Assembly (NCBI GenBank): GCA_964593825.1
Contig: CAZQII010000004.1
Span: 1 to 45,455, forward strand
Direction: 5' to 3'
DNA: 45,455 nucleotides
Source: an uncultured Ruminococcus sp.
GTDB taxonomy: Bacteria; Bacillota; Clostridia; Oscillospirales; CAG-272
The stretch's first letter is position 1, and each line of letters opens with the position of its first letter. The notes below the pieces were generated by a model that saw only the letters and a program-made list of their open reading frames with translations, made no database searches and was not told where the DNA came from. Shown piece after piece: positions 7,966 through 16,696 of this stretch. The translations under genes were made by a program, and so were the position numbers.

Positions 7966-9903
7966 ATGGAAAAATTCTATTTGACAACAGCCATTGCCTA
8001 TGCATCGCGCAAGCCGCATTTCGGCAACACCTACGAAATAATAATGACGGATGCGTTCGCGCGCTTTCAGCGTCAGATGGGCAAGGATGTTTTCCTTTGC
8101 ACCGGAACGGACGAGCACGGGCAGAAGATCGAGGAGCTTGCAAAGGCGGCGGGCATCAGCCCCAAGGCGTATGTTGACGGCGTTGCCTCGGAGATCAAGG
8201 GCATCTGGGATCTTATGAACGTAAGATACGATCATTTTATAAGAACCACCGATGATTACCATGAGGCTGCCGTAAGAAAGATATTCAAGAAATTTTACGA
8301 TCAGGGCGATATTTACAAGGGATATTACGAGGGCTGGTACTGCACCCCCTGCGAATCGTTTTTCACCGAGACCCAGCTTGTTGACGGCAAGTGCCCCGAT
8401 TGCGGCAGACCCGTGAGCCAGGCGAGGGAAGAGGCATATTTCTTCAAGATGTCCAAATATGTTGACCGCCTGATCGAGCATATAGACACGCATCCCGAAT
8501 TTATCGAGCCCGAAAGCCGTAAGAAGGAGATGGTCAACAATTTCCTGAAGGCGGGATTGCAGGATCTCTGCGTTTCACGTACATCGTTTAAGTGGGGCGT
8601 GCCCGTCGATTTCGACACCAAGCATGTCGTTTACGTGTGGCTTGACGCACTCACAAATTATATAACCGCGATAGGATATGATCCCGACAAGTCGTTCGAG
8701 GAGCAGAGCGATGAGTTCAAGAAGTGGTGGCCCGCCGATGTTCATATAATAGGTAAGGACATACTTCGCTTCCACACGATCTATTGGCCCATATTCTTAA
8801 TGGCGCTTGGACTTCCTTTGCCGAAAAAGGTCTTCGGCCATCCGTGGTTCAACTTCGGAAACGACAAGATGTCGAAGTCCAAGGGAAATGTCGTGTTTGC
8901 CGATGAGCTTGCAAAGACCTTCGGCGTCGACGGAGTGCGCTACTACGCCTTGTCCGAGATGCCTTATTCAACCGACGGCTCGATAACGTACGAGAGCGTC
9001 GTGACCAGATATAATAACGATCTTGCCAACAATCTCGGAAATCTCGTGAGCCGCACGCACGCAATGACAAAGAAATATTTCGGCGGCACCGTTCCCGTAC
9101 CCGGCGAAGAAACGGAGCTTGACAGAGATCTGAAGGCAAGTGTGCAAAAGGCGATAAACGATGCGCGCGAGCTCATGGATTCGTACAGAGTCGCCGATTC
9201 GCTCGAGGCAATATTCTCGATGCTGCGCCGCGCCAATAAATATATAGACGAGACGATGCCGTGGGTCCTTGCAAAGAACGAGGAGGACAAGCCGCGCCTC
9301 GCCACCGTAATATACAATCTGCTCGAGGTAATACGCATCGGAGCCGTTTTGCTGACTCCGTACATCCCTTCGACCGCCGACGCGATTTTCTCACAGCTCG
9401 GCACGGATAAGAAGGATTATTCCACCGTTTCTGCCTTCGGCGCACTCGAATCGGGCAAGTCACTCGGCGAGGCATTCGTTCTTTTCGCAAGGATCGATGA
9501 GCAGAAATATCTCGACTCGGTCAGGGCGGAGCAGAAGGACGAGGCCGAGGCCTCCGCACCCGTACAGGAGCCGGAGCATGAGGCAGAGATAGGCATTGAT
9601 GCCTTTGCCGCCGTGGAGCTCCGCGTCGCAGAGATCCTCGAGTGTGAGCCCGTTCCGAAGGCGAAGAAGCTCTTGAAGCTTAAGGTAGACCTCGGATATG
9701 AGCAGCGTCAGGTGGTCTCCGGCATTGCAAAATTCTATCAGCCCGCCGATCTGATCGGCAAGAAGGTTGTCCTCGTCGCCAATCTGAAGCCCGCGAAGCT
9801 TTGCGGAGTCGAGAGCTACGGAATGCTCCTTGCCTCGGGTGAAGAGGATGTGAAGGTCGTGTTCCTCGATCCGTCGGCGAAGAACGGAGACCGTATACAC
9901 TGA
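7966..9903 (+). CDS. metG: Methionyl-tRNA synthetase with C-terminal tRNA-binding domain
   Basis: HIGH-like HFGN, GTDEHG, CxxC knuckles, YVWLDAL, KMSKS and a C-terminal OB domain. Confidence 0.97.
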   Translation: MEKFYLTTAIAYASRKPHFGNTYEIIMTDAFARFQRQMGKDVFLCTGTDEHGQKIEELAKAAGISPKAYVDGVASEIKGIWDLMNVRYDHFIRTTDDYHEAAVRKIFKKFYDQGDIYKGYYEGWYCTPCESFFTETQLVDGKCPDCGRPVSQAREEAYFFKMSKYVDRLIEHIDTHPEFIEPESRKKEMVNNFLKAGLQDLCVSRTSFKWGVPVDFDTKHVVYVWLDALTNYITAIGYDPDKSFEEQSDEFKKWWPADVHIIGKDILRFHTIYWPIFLMALGLPLPKKVFGHPWFNFGNDKMSKSKGNVVFADELAKTFGVDGVRYYALSEMPYSTDGSITYESVVTRYNNDLANNLGNLVSRTHAMTKKYFGGTVPVPGEETELDRDLKASVQKAINDARELMDSYRVADSLEAIFSMLRRANKYIDETMPWVLAKNEEDKPRLATVIYNLLEVIRIGAVLLTPYIPSTADAIFSQLGTDKKDYSTVSAFGALESGKSLGEAFVLFARIDEQKYLDSVRAEQKDEAEASAPVQEPEHEAEIGIDAFAAVELRVAEILECEPVPKAKKLLKLKVDLGYEQRQVVSGIAKFYQPADLIGKKVVLVANLKPAKLCGVESYGMLLASGEEDVKVVFLDPSAKNGDRIH

Positions 9904-10691
9904 TGACGTATTTCGACTCGCATGCGCATTATTACGACGAGCGCTTTGATTCGGAGCTGACGGAGCCTGTCGACGCGCTTATCGATTCTCTCCTTTCGGG
10001 GACGGTGTCGCATATAGTTAATGTAGGTACATCGCCCGACACATCGAGGGCGGCGATCGCCCAGGCGAAAAGGCATGAGGGAATGTATGCGGCGGCGGGA
10101 ATCCACCCGTCCGACTCGCGCTTTCTGTCAGATATCGACGCGGAACTCTCGGAAATAGAGGAAATGATAAAATGCCCGTCGAATAAGTGCGTGCTCCTCG
10201 GCGAGATCGGTCTTGACTATCATTACGACGGCACGGACAGAGAAAGGCAACTGAAATATTTTGAGGCGCAAATGCTCCTCGCCGAGGAGCTTGACATCCC
10301 CGTATGCATCCACGACCGCGGAGCGCACGAGGATGTTATGTCGGTCATAAAGCGGCATCGCGGCGTGCGCGGGATCGTGCACAGCTTTTCCGGCTCCGCG
10401 GAAATGGCAAGGGAGCTTTTGAAGCTTGATTATATGATATCGTTTTCGGGCACGCTGACATTCAAGAATGCGAGAAAGCCGAAGGAGGTCGCCGCCATCG
10501 TTCCGCATGAGCGCGCCCTTATCGAAACGGACTGCCCGTATCTCGCACCGCATCCTTTGCGCGGGAGCCTTAACCATTCGGGCAATCTCGAATATACGAA
10601 TGCCGTGCTTGCCGAGATATTCGGAATGTCGTGCGAGGATTGTGCCGCCGTTACAGAGCGGAACGCAAAGCGTTTTCTCGGCATCGCTTAA
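9903..10691 (+). CDS. tatD: TatD-family hydrolase/nuclease
   Basis: DSHAH, GIHP, GEIGLDY, HSFSG and ETDCPYLAP. Coupled to metG by a TGATG overlap. Confidence 0.93.
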   Translation: MTYFDSHAHYYDERFDSELTEPVDALIDSLLSGTVSHIVNVGTSPDTSRAAIAQAKRHEGMYAAAGIHPSDSRFLSDIDAELSEIEEMIKCPSNKCVLLGEIGLDYHYDGTDRERQLKYFEAQMLLAEELDIPVCIHDRGAHEDVMSVIKRHRGVRGIVHSFSGSAEMARELLKLDYMISFSGTLTFKNARKPKEVAAIVPHERALIETDCPYLAPHPLRGSLNHSGNLEYTNAVLAEIFGMSCEDCAAVTERNAKRFLGIA

Positions 10692-10750
10692 TGCCGTCTT
10701 TTACGGCAGCATATATACCGCGCTGTCAAAGCGGGAAAACGTGAAGGCCG

Positions 10751-11920
10751 CTATACCGTAAAGGAGTATGGCAGCTGATAATGCACGGGTGAGAACATTG
10801 ACGAAAACATCATAAGATATTCCGTCGGCACGGTCCTTATATCAAAGGCCGCACCGTTGAAGCCAAGCTCGGCGATAAGCTCCAGCTTGGCTTTTATATT
10901 TTCCAGCGATTCGAGCAGGACGGGCCGCCCCTTGAACGTAAAGCCGCAAAGCCCGGATCCCGGGTCGGTCTTTATTCCTCCAGACCTCTCCGCCAGCTCG
11001 AGCGCAACGCCGCGCGGAATGTATTCGCCGTCCGCGTATGCCTCAGACGGGATGTAGACCATCGACTTTGAGCTCTCCGCATTTTTAGCGAAGTCGGACA
11101 GCGCCGCGCGTTCTCCGTTGGCATAGGGCGGGGCATCCTTGCCGACGTGATTTCCGTACATAAATACACTCCCGTCCGCAAGCTCCGCGACATCGGGCGA
11201 GAGCGCTTCATCCGTCTCCGTGAAGAGCACAAGATCGCATCCGATCATTTTTTTGCGCAGTTCCATCAGAAATTCCGAGAAATCGGATGCAAAATTTCGG
11301 GCAGAATTATAAGAAGACAGCGTTATGCCGCAATATCCGCCGGCCTTTGCCGCATTGACAAGCTTGGATGTCAGTGCGCTCCTTTTCTCCGCGCTCCGAT
11401 AAATGTCGCCGCTCTCGCCGTCATACACGCGCATGAGCACGACCTTTCCCGCCGCCTTTGCCGCCGCGACGGCGCTCTCCGCGTCAAACAGGCGCATCAG
11501 CTCGCCGCACGAGAGCTTGTATTCACCAACTGTCAGATAGGTTATGTACGGCATGACGTGCCTCAGGGCGGACATCGGGGTGTCGGGGTATAAATATCCG
11601 TTTGCGGCGGCGCTCCCGTATTGCGGCACGGGATATTTTATCGCCAGCTCTTGCCCGCCGCGCAATTCCGAGCCGATGAGCGACGGGTTGTTCATTGCGA
11701 GGGTCTGCGGCTTTATTCCGAATCGATATGCAACGGCACTGACGCTGTCGCCGCCGTGTGCGGTGTATGTGCGCGTCGGACGAAGGATAAGCAGCTCGCG
11801 CCCGACGCACGGCGTGTCACCGATGCCGCTGTTGTTCTCTCTTATCCGCTCCTCGGATATTTCGTATTCTTCCGCGATCGTTTTAATGCTTTCACCTTTT
11901 TTCACGCTGTGTATTTTCAA
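10751..11920 (-). CDS. Two-LysM protein with a degenerate GH18-like domain (YaaH/YdhD-like)
   Basis: Two N-terminal LysM repeats (HSVKKGESI..IA, YTAHGGDSV..VA), NGYLYP, PYITYL and a C-terminal SLENIKAKLELI..LGFNG. TTG start with RBS AAAGGAG. Confidence 0.75.
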   Translation of the reverse strand: MKIHSVKKGESIKTIAEEYEISEERIRENNSGIGDTPCVGRELLILRPTRTYTAHGGDSVSAVAYRFGIKPQTLAMNNPSLIGSELRGGQELAIKYPVPQYGSAAANGYLYPDTPMSALRHVMPYITYLTVGEYKLSCGELMRLFDAESAVAAAKAAGKVVLMRVYDGESGDIYRSAEKRSALTSKLVNAAKAGGYCGITLSSYNSARNFASDFSEFLMELRKKMIGCDLVLFTETDEALSPDVAELADGSVFMYGNHVGKDAPPYANGERAALSDFAKNAESSKSMVYIPSEAYADGEYIPRGVALELAERSGGIKTDPGSGLCGFTFKGRPVLLESLENIKAKLELIAELGFNGAAFDIRTVPTEYLMMFSSMFSPVHYQLPYSFTV

Positions 11921-12036
11921 TTTGCTGTTTTTCTCCTTTGAAATATAAATATCTTATCCATTATATCACCAAAAGCCTGAAAAAGCCGTCGAATAAAACA
12001 GCCTTTCTTCGCATGTAGGTAAATTTATCTTATATC

Positions 12037-12065
12037 TTGACTTATTTTTTTTGCTATGATATAAT
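12037..12065 (+). promoter_or_regulatory. Sigma-A promoter of the PqqD-peptidase pair
   Basis: TTGACT-17-TATAAT with TGn extension. Confidence 0.75.
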
Positions 12066-12121
12066 TAAGTAGATCAAATCGGCGCCCCTTGCTTGCGCGT
12101 CGGAACGGAGTTTAATTAAAT

Positions 12122-12388
12122 ATGAAGATCAAAAACGGATTTGTAATAGAAAAGGTCGGCGACGACTATCTTGCCGTCGCGGTGGGAAGCAGGGCGGACG
12201 AATTTGCCGGACTCGTCAGGATGAATTCCACGGGCGCCTTTCTTTGGAAGTTGATAGACGGACAGGACAGAACCAAGGAGGAGCTGCTTTCTGCGGTTTT
12301 GAACGAGTACGATGTCGATGAATCCATTGCGCGGGCCGATATAGATAATTTTGAAAGGCAGCTTGCCGACGGCGGCATCCTCGAATGA
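12122..12388 (+). CDS. PqqD-family protein (stand-alone RiPP recognition element)
   Basis: 88 aa with the pattern MNSTGAFLW.L...T.EEL...V..EYDV....A.ADI..F...L...GIL. Confidence 0.88.
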   Translation: MKIKNGFVIEKVGDDYLAVAVGSRADEFAGLVRMNSTGAFLWKLIDGQDRTKEELLSAVLNEYDVDESIARADIDNFERQLADGGILE

Positions 12389-12834
12389 GCGATGGAATGA
12401 TCGAGTCCGAGCTTGAGCAGCACGGATATTACGCCTCGAATACCCTCGGAACAAGCATGCGCCCGCTTTTCAAAACGCACAGGGACATGATAATAGTGAA
12501 GCGACCTGATTCATCGCTCAAAAAGTACGATGTTGCGCTTTATGTCATAGGAGGCGGCAGGTATATCCTGCACAGGGTCGTCGGTGTAAGAGATGATGTA
12601 TATCTTATCAGGGGCGACAATACGTTCGCTGTTGAAAGGGTACCGAAGAGCGCGGTCATCGGTGTGCTCGTGAAATTCAACAGAAAAGGGAAGACGCACA
12701 CCGTCGACGAGCTTTCGTATAAGATATATTCCCGCGTTTGGAATTTCATTTATCCCGTACGCTTTGTTCTGCAAAAGGTGCGGCGGCTCCTTGGCCGTAT
12801 CTACCGTCGGCTGTTTAAACGGAGGCGGACGTAA
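12385..12834 (+). CDS. S24/S26-family peptidase-like protein
   Basis: GTSMRP (catalytic Ser), ILHRV and RGDN motifs, and a basic amphipathic C-terminus. ATGA overlap with the PqqD gene. Confidence 0.82.
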   Translation: MSDGMIESELEQHGYYASNTLGTSMRPLFKTHRDMIIVKRPDSSLKKYDVALYVIGGGRYILHRVVGVRDDVYLIRGDNTFAVERVPKSAVIGVLVKFNRKGKTHTVDELSYKIYSRVWNFIYPVRFVLQKVRRLLGRIYRRLFKRRRT

Positions 12835-12967
12835 AGCGGGGAGTGCGGGGCATCGCGAATGAAATGACCGCACCGCGGCCGTTTTCGCTTTCTTAGCTTT
12901 TTATGTGCCGTATAAGCATTATATTCGCTCCGCGTGCTCGGTGTGCGCAGAGTTAAGCGTAAAATTA

Positions 12968-13036
12968 AGGATCCCACGAAGGTCGGGGTGCCGCGGTTAT
13001 GCGGTATCTTCCGAGAAATGCGGGATCCTTTTTCTT
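12968..13036. terminator. Long imperfect hairpin, probable terminator between convergent genes
   Basis: AAGGATCCC...GGGATCCTT outer stem followed by a T-run. Confidence 0.55.
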
Positions 13037-14455
13037 TTACCTATTCTCGCGCTTATCCTTAAGGATCCGCACGTTTCTCTCCACCCTGTGCTTATCGAGA
13101 GGATACCAAAGCCAAAGGATGACGGTGAGCAGTCCGAAGCCGAGCGCGGGAATAAGCGTGGAAATATTGAATATTCCGTTGAGCACGGCGGGATCGAACG
13201 CTGTCGCGTCACTGTATCCGATAAGAGTAAGCAGTCCTCCCGTGAGACCCGCCGCCGCGGCCTGCCCGAGCTTTCTTGCAAAGGAATACAGTGCATATAT
13301 CGATCCGTCCTCGCGTATCCCGTTCTTCACCTCGGCGTCGTCTATGACATCGGTGATGAGCGCCCATGTCACCATTGAGAAGATGCCGAGGCCGAGCCAT
13401 GCCGCAAAGCTCAGCGCAACGTAGACCCAGACATTGCTCGGTCTGATGAAAAACAAAGCGAGGCATACCCCTGCGGCCATCAAGGTCGACAGAGCGCTTA
13501 TTTCCGCCTTTCCTATCCTTGCCGACAGCGGCTTTGCCACAGCGGCGGCGATCGTCATGGCGACGAGCATAGAGACAGTGGATACGGACATTGCCGCGGA
13601 ATCGTTATAATAATTTGGATATATATAGTTCGCCATGCCCTGAAGCGTCAGTTGGGAGAGCAGCATTACCACAGATGCACAGATGACAGATATCAGCGCG
13701 CGGTTTTTAAGCGCGTTTTTGAAAAGGTGACCTATCCCGCCGTATTCCGCCCCCTCCGACTGCTTGGGAATGATCCGTTCGGTCGTAAGATAATAGCAAA
13801 GGAGATATGCAATGACGCAGAGCACGGAGAGCACGCCGGCCACCGCGGTGAACGCCTCGCCCCTCATGACCGTAACCGTGACGCCGTTTCTCTCGGCCTT
13901 TTCATATACCAGCAGGGGGATGCCCGCGCCTATAACCGCACCGGCGAGAGATGCACCCATGGAGCGCCATGTGGACAGTGACTGCCTGTCCTGCGGCTCT
14001 GCCGATATGGCCGATGCCATAGAGCCGTAGGGAATATTGATCGATGTGTAAAATACGGAGCCCCAGAGAATGTACGTCACCGTGAGCCATATCACCTTGA
14101 ACGGCGTGCTCATGTCGGCAAGCGAGCTTTGATATATCAGAAACGACGAGATCGCGACGGGTGCGCACATTCGCCTGATCCAAGGCTTAAATTTTCCGAC
14201 GGGCGTCGGACTCGCACGGTCGCAGATGCGCCCCATGGCAACATCGGTGAATGCGTCAACAAAGCGTGCCGCCATCATGACCGCACCGACGATCGCGGCG
14301 CTGATTCCCATAACATCAGTGTAGAATTTCAAAAGGAAGCTTGATGAGAGGATAAACGTAAAATCGTTGCCGAAGTCGCCGAAGAGATAGCCGATCTTGT
14401 CTTTGATTCCGAACGGCCTTTGCGTTTTTTTGCCCGTTTTCGGTCTGCTTTTCAT
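13037..14455 (-). CDS. Glycoside-pentoside-hexuronide (GPH) cation symporter, MFS
   Basis: KIGYLFGDFGN, DAFTD..MG.I.D, GKFKPW and NIPYGSM, with about 12 hydrophobic segments. Divergent from uxuA. Confidence 0.9.
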   Translation of the reverse strand: MKSRPKTGKKTQRPFGIKDKIGYLFGDFGNDFTFILSSSFLLKFYTDVMGISAAIVGAVMMAARFVDAFTDVAMGRICDRASPTPVGKFKPWIRRMCAPVAISSFLIYQSSLADMSTPFKVIWLTVTYILWGSVFYTSINIPYGSMASAISAEPQDRQSLSTWRSMGASLAGAVIGAGIPLLVYEKAERNGVTVTVMRGEAFTAVAGVLSVLCVIAYLLCYYLTTERIIPKQSEGAEYGGIGHLFKNALKNRALISVICASVVMLLSQLTLQGMANYIYPNYYNDSAAMSVSTVSMLVAMTIAAAVAKPLSARIGKAEISALSTLMAAGVCLALFFIRPSNVWVYVALSFAAWLGLGIFSMVTWALITDVIDDAEVKNGIREDGSIYALYSFARKLGQAAAAGLTGGLLTLIGYSDATAFDPAVLNGIFNISTLIPALGFGLLTVILWLWYPLDKHRVERNVRILKDKRENR

Positions 14456-14531
14456 ATATTTCTCCGTTAATTATTTGGTTTTTTGAATTATGCAGGCGCA
14501 ATTTTTGCAATATTATGCGCAATAATTAACA

Positions 14532-14560
14532 TTGACAAAGAAAATGACGCGTGCTAAAAT
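14532..14560 (+). promoter_or_regulatory. Sigma-A promoter for uxuAB
   Basis: TTGACA-17-TAAAAT with TGn extension. Confidence 0.7.
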
Positions 14561-14659
14561 TATTATGGATCGCATGCTCGGTTTTTAATCATCGGTTTTG
14601 AATTGATTAAAAAAAGCCGAGAGGTGCATAATAATAAAAAGAATTAACGGGGGAAAGAT

Positions 14660-15712
14660 ATGAAGCTTTCGTTTCGGTGGTACGGTGAGAGCGATCCTGT
14701 GCCGCTTAAATATATACGCCAGATTTCCGGCATGCGCTCGGTAGTGAGCGCGGTATACGACGTGCGCCCGGGAGAGGTGTGGAGCTGTGACAGCTTGGCT
14801 AAGATCAAAAATGACTGCGAGGAGGCGGGACTCGTATTTGACGTTGTGGAGTCCGTCCCGGTGCACGAGCATATAAAGCTCGGATGCTCGGATGCGGCGG
14901 CTCTGACGGAAAATTATTGCGAAAATATCCGCCGCTGTGCAAAATACGGAGTGAAATGCATAACGTACAATTTCATGCCCGTGTTCGATTGGACGCGCAC
15001 TCAGCTCGATAAGGAGGCGCCCGACGGCTCGTGCGCGCTCGTCATGTACCGCGAGCAGCTGAAGGGACTTGACCCCCTTCGCGACGATATACATCTTCCG
15101 GGCTGGGATGCCAGCTATTCGCAGGACGAGGTGCGTGACCTTATCGCCGCTTATACCGAGCTCGGCGAGGAGGGCCTTTGGCATAATCTTGAGGTGTTCT
15201 TGAAGAAAATAATTCCCGTCGCAGAGGACTGCGGCATCAGAATGGCGATCCACCCAGACGATCCGCCGTATTCCGTATTCGGCATTCCGAGGATCATAAC
15301 GAGTGAGGAAAATATAGATCGCATGCTGGCGATAGTCGATTCGCCCGCAAACAGTCTGTGCCTTTGTACGGGATCACTCGGATGCGTGCGCACGAATGAC
15401 ACGGTGAAAATGACGGAGAAATATGCGGCGCGCGACAGAATAGCGTTTATGCACATGCGAAACGTCCTCATCCTCGATGACGGAAGCTTCGAGGAATGCG
15501 GCCACCTGTCGAAAAGCGGCAGCATAGATATGTATGAAATAACCAAGGCGCTCGTTAAGCACGGATTCGACGGTTATGTAAGGCCCGATCACGGAAGAAT
15601 GATATGGGGCGAGCGCGGCAAGCCCGGATACGGTCTTTATGACAGGGCGCTCGGAGCGGCGTATATCAACGGTCTGTTCGAGGCGTGCGAAAAATCCTTA
15701 AAAAACAAATAA
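14660..15712 (+). CDS. uxuA: Mannonate dehydratase
   Basis: FRWYG, ESVPVHE, YNFMPVFDWTRT, IHPDDPP, RPDHG and GYGLYDRALG. Confidence 0.97.
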   Translation: MKLSFRWYGESDPVPLKYIRQISGMRSVVSAVYDVRPGEVWSCDSLAKIKNDCEEAGLVFDVVESVPVHEHIKLGCSDAAALTENYCENIRRCAKYGVKCITYNFMPVFDWTRTQLDKEAPDGSCALVMYREQLKGLDPLRDDIHLPGWDASYSQDEVRDLIAAYTELGEEGLWHNLEVFLKKIIPVAEDCGIRMAIHPDDPPYSVFGIPRIITSEENIDRMLAIVDSPANSLCLCTGSLGCVRTNDTVKMTEKYAARDRIAFMHMRNVLILDDGSFEECGHLSKSGSIDMYEITKALVKHGFDGYVRPDHGRMIWGERGKPGYGLYDRALGAAYINGLFEACEKSLKNK

Positions 15713-15728
15713 TGAGGGGGAAAAGATC

Positions 15729-16580
15729 ATGCAGAAGAATGTTTTGAATACGGATCTCACCGGCAAGGTCGCGGTCATCACCGGTGCGGGCGGAGTCCTT
15801 TGCGGCGCGTTTGCAAGAACGCTGGCGCGTGCGGGTGCCTCCTGTGCACTCCTGGACATCAATATCGAGGCTGCAGGCAAGGTCGCCGAGCAGATCCGCG
15901 CCGAGGGCGGAGCAGCCGAGGCTTACAGGTGCGATGTGCTTGACAAGGCGGCGTGCTACGAGGTTGCCGATAAGGTCGAGGCCGCGCTCGGTAAGTGCGA
16001 CATACTCATAAACGGCGCGGGCGGAAACAATCCCGGTGCAACGACCGATAAGGAATATTTCGAAAACGGCGATATAGATTCCGAGACAAAGTCGTTTTTC
16101 GACCTCGATGAGTCGCGCGTGGGCTTTGTGTTTAATTTGAATTTTCTTGGCACGCTCATTCCGACCCAGGCGTTTGCGCGGCAGATGGTCGGCAGACCGG
16201 GGTGCAATATCATAAATATAAGCAGCATGAATGCCTACACTCCGTTGACCAAGATCCCCGCTTACTCGGGTGCGAAGGCGGCGGTCTCCAATTTCACGCA
16301 ATGGCTCGCGGTTCATTTCAGCCGCGTCGGTATCCGCGTAAATGCGATAGCTCCCGGATTTATTTCCACCGCGCAAAACGCATCGCTCCTTTGGAATCCC
16401 GACGGAACCCCGACGGCAAGGACGGGGAAGATCCTTGCGGCAACTCCGCTCGGCAGATTCGGAGAGAGCACGGAGCTTGACGGCGGACTCCTCTTCCTTC
16501 TCAACAATGAGGCGGCAAGCTTTATCACCGGCGTTGTTCTTCCGATCGACGGTGGCTTCTCCGCATATTCCGGAGTTTGA
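15729..16580 (+). CDS. uxuB: SDR-type D-mannonate oxidoreductase (fructuronate reductase)
   Basis: TGAGGVL, NGAGGN, PLTKIPAYSGAK and DGGFSAYSGV. Follows uxuA. Confidence 0.88.
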   Translation: MQKNVLNTDLTGKVAVITGAGGVLCGAFARTLARAGASCALLDINIEAAGKVAEQIRAEGGAAEAYRCDVLDKAACYEVADKVEAALGKCDILINGAGGNNPGATTDKEYFENGDIDSETKSFFDLDESRVGFVFNLNFLGTLIPTQAFARQMVGRPGCNIINISSMNAYTPLTKIPAYSGAKAAVSNFTQWLAVHFSRVGIRVNAIAPGFISTAQNASLLWNPDGTPTARTGKILAATPLGRFGESTELDGGLLFLLNNEAASFITGVVLPIDGGFSAYSGV

Positions 16581-16625
16581 CGGCACAAAACGCCGCTCCC
16601 ATGACTCCGTTTACGGCATATAAAG

Positions 16626-16667
16626 AAATATTCCGCAGTCGAAATTTACGGACTGCGGAATATTTTT
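16626..16667. terminator. Bidirectional terminator
   Basis: 15-bp perfect stem AAATATTCCGCAGTC/GACTGCGGAATATTT followed by Ts. Confidence 0.85.
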
Positions 16668-16696
16668 GCCTTTTATCAAAAACAGATACCAATCGA

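Noticed and set aside
12835-13036. RiPP precursor peptide downstream of the PqqD-peptidase pair
   Set aside because: No short ORF with an RBS and leader/core character was found; the region is mostly hairpin sequence.
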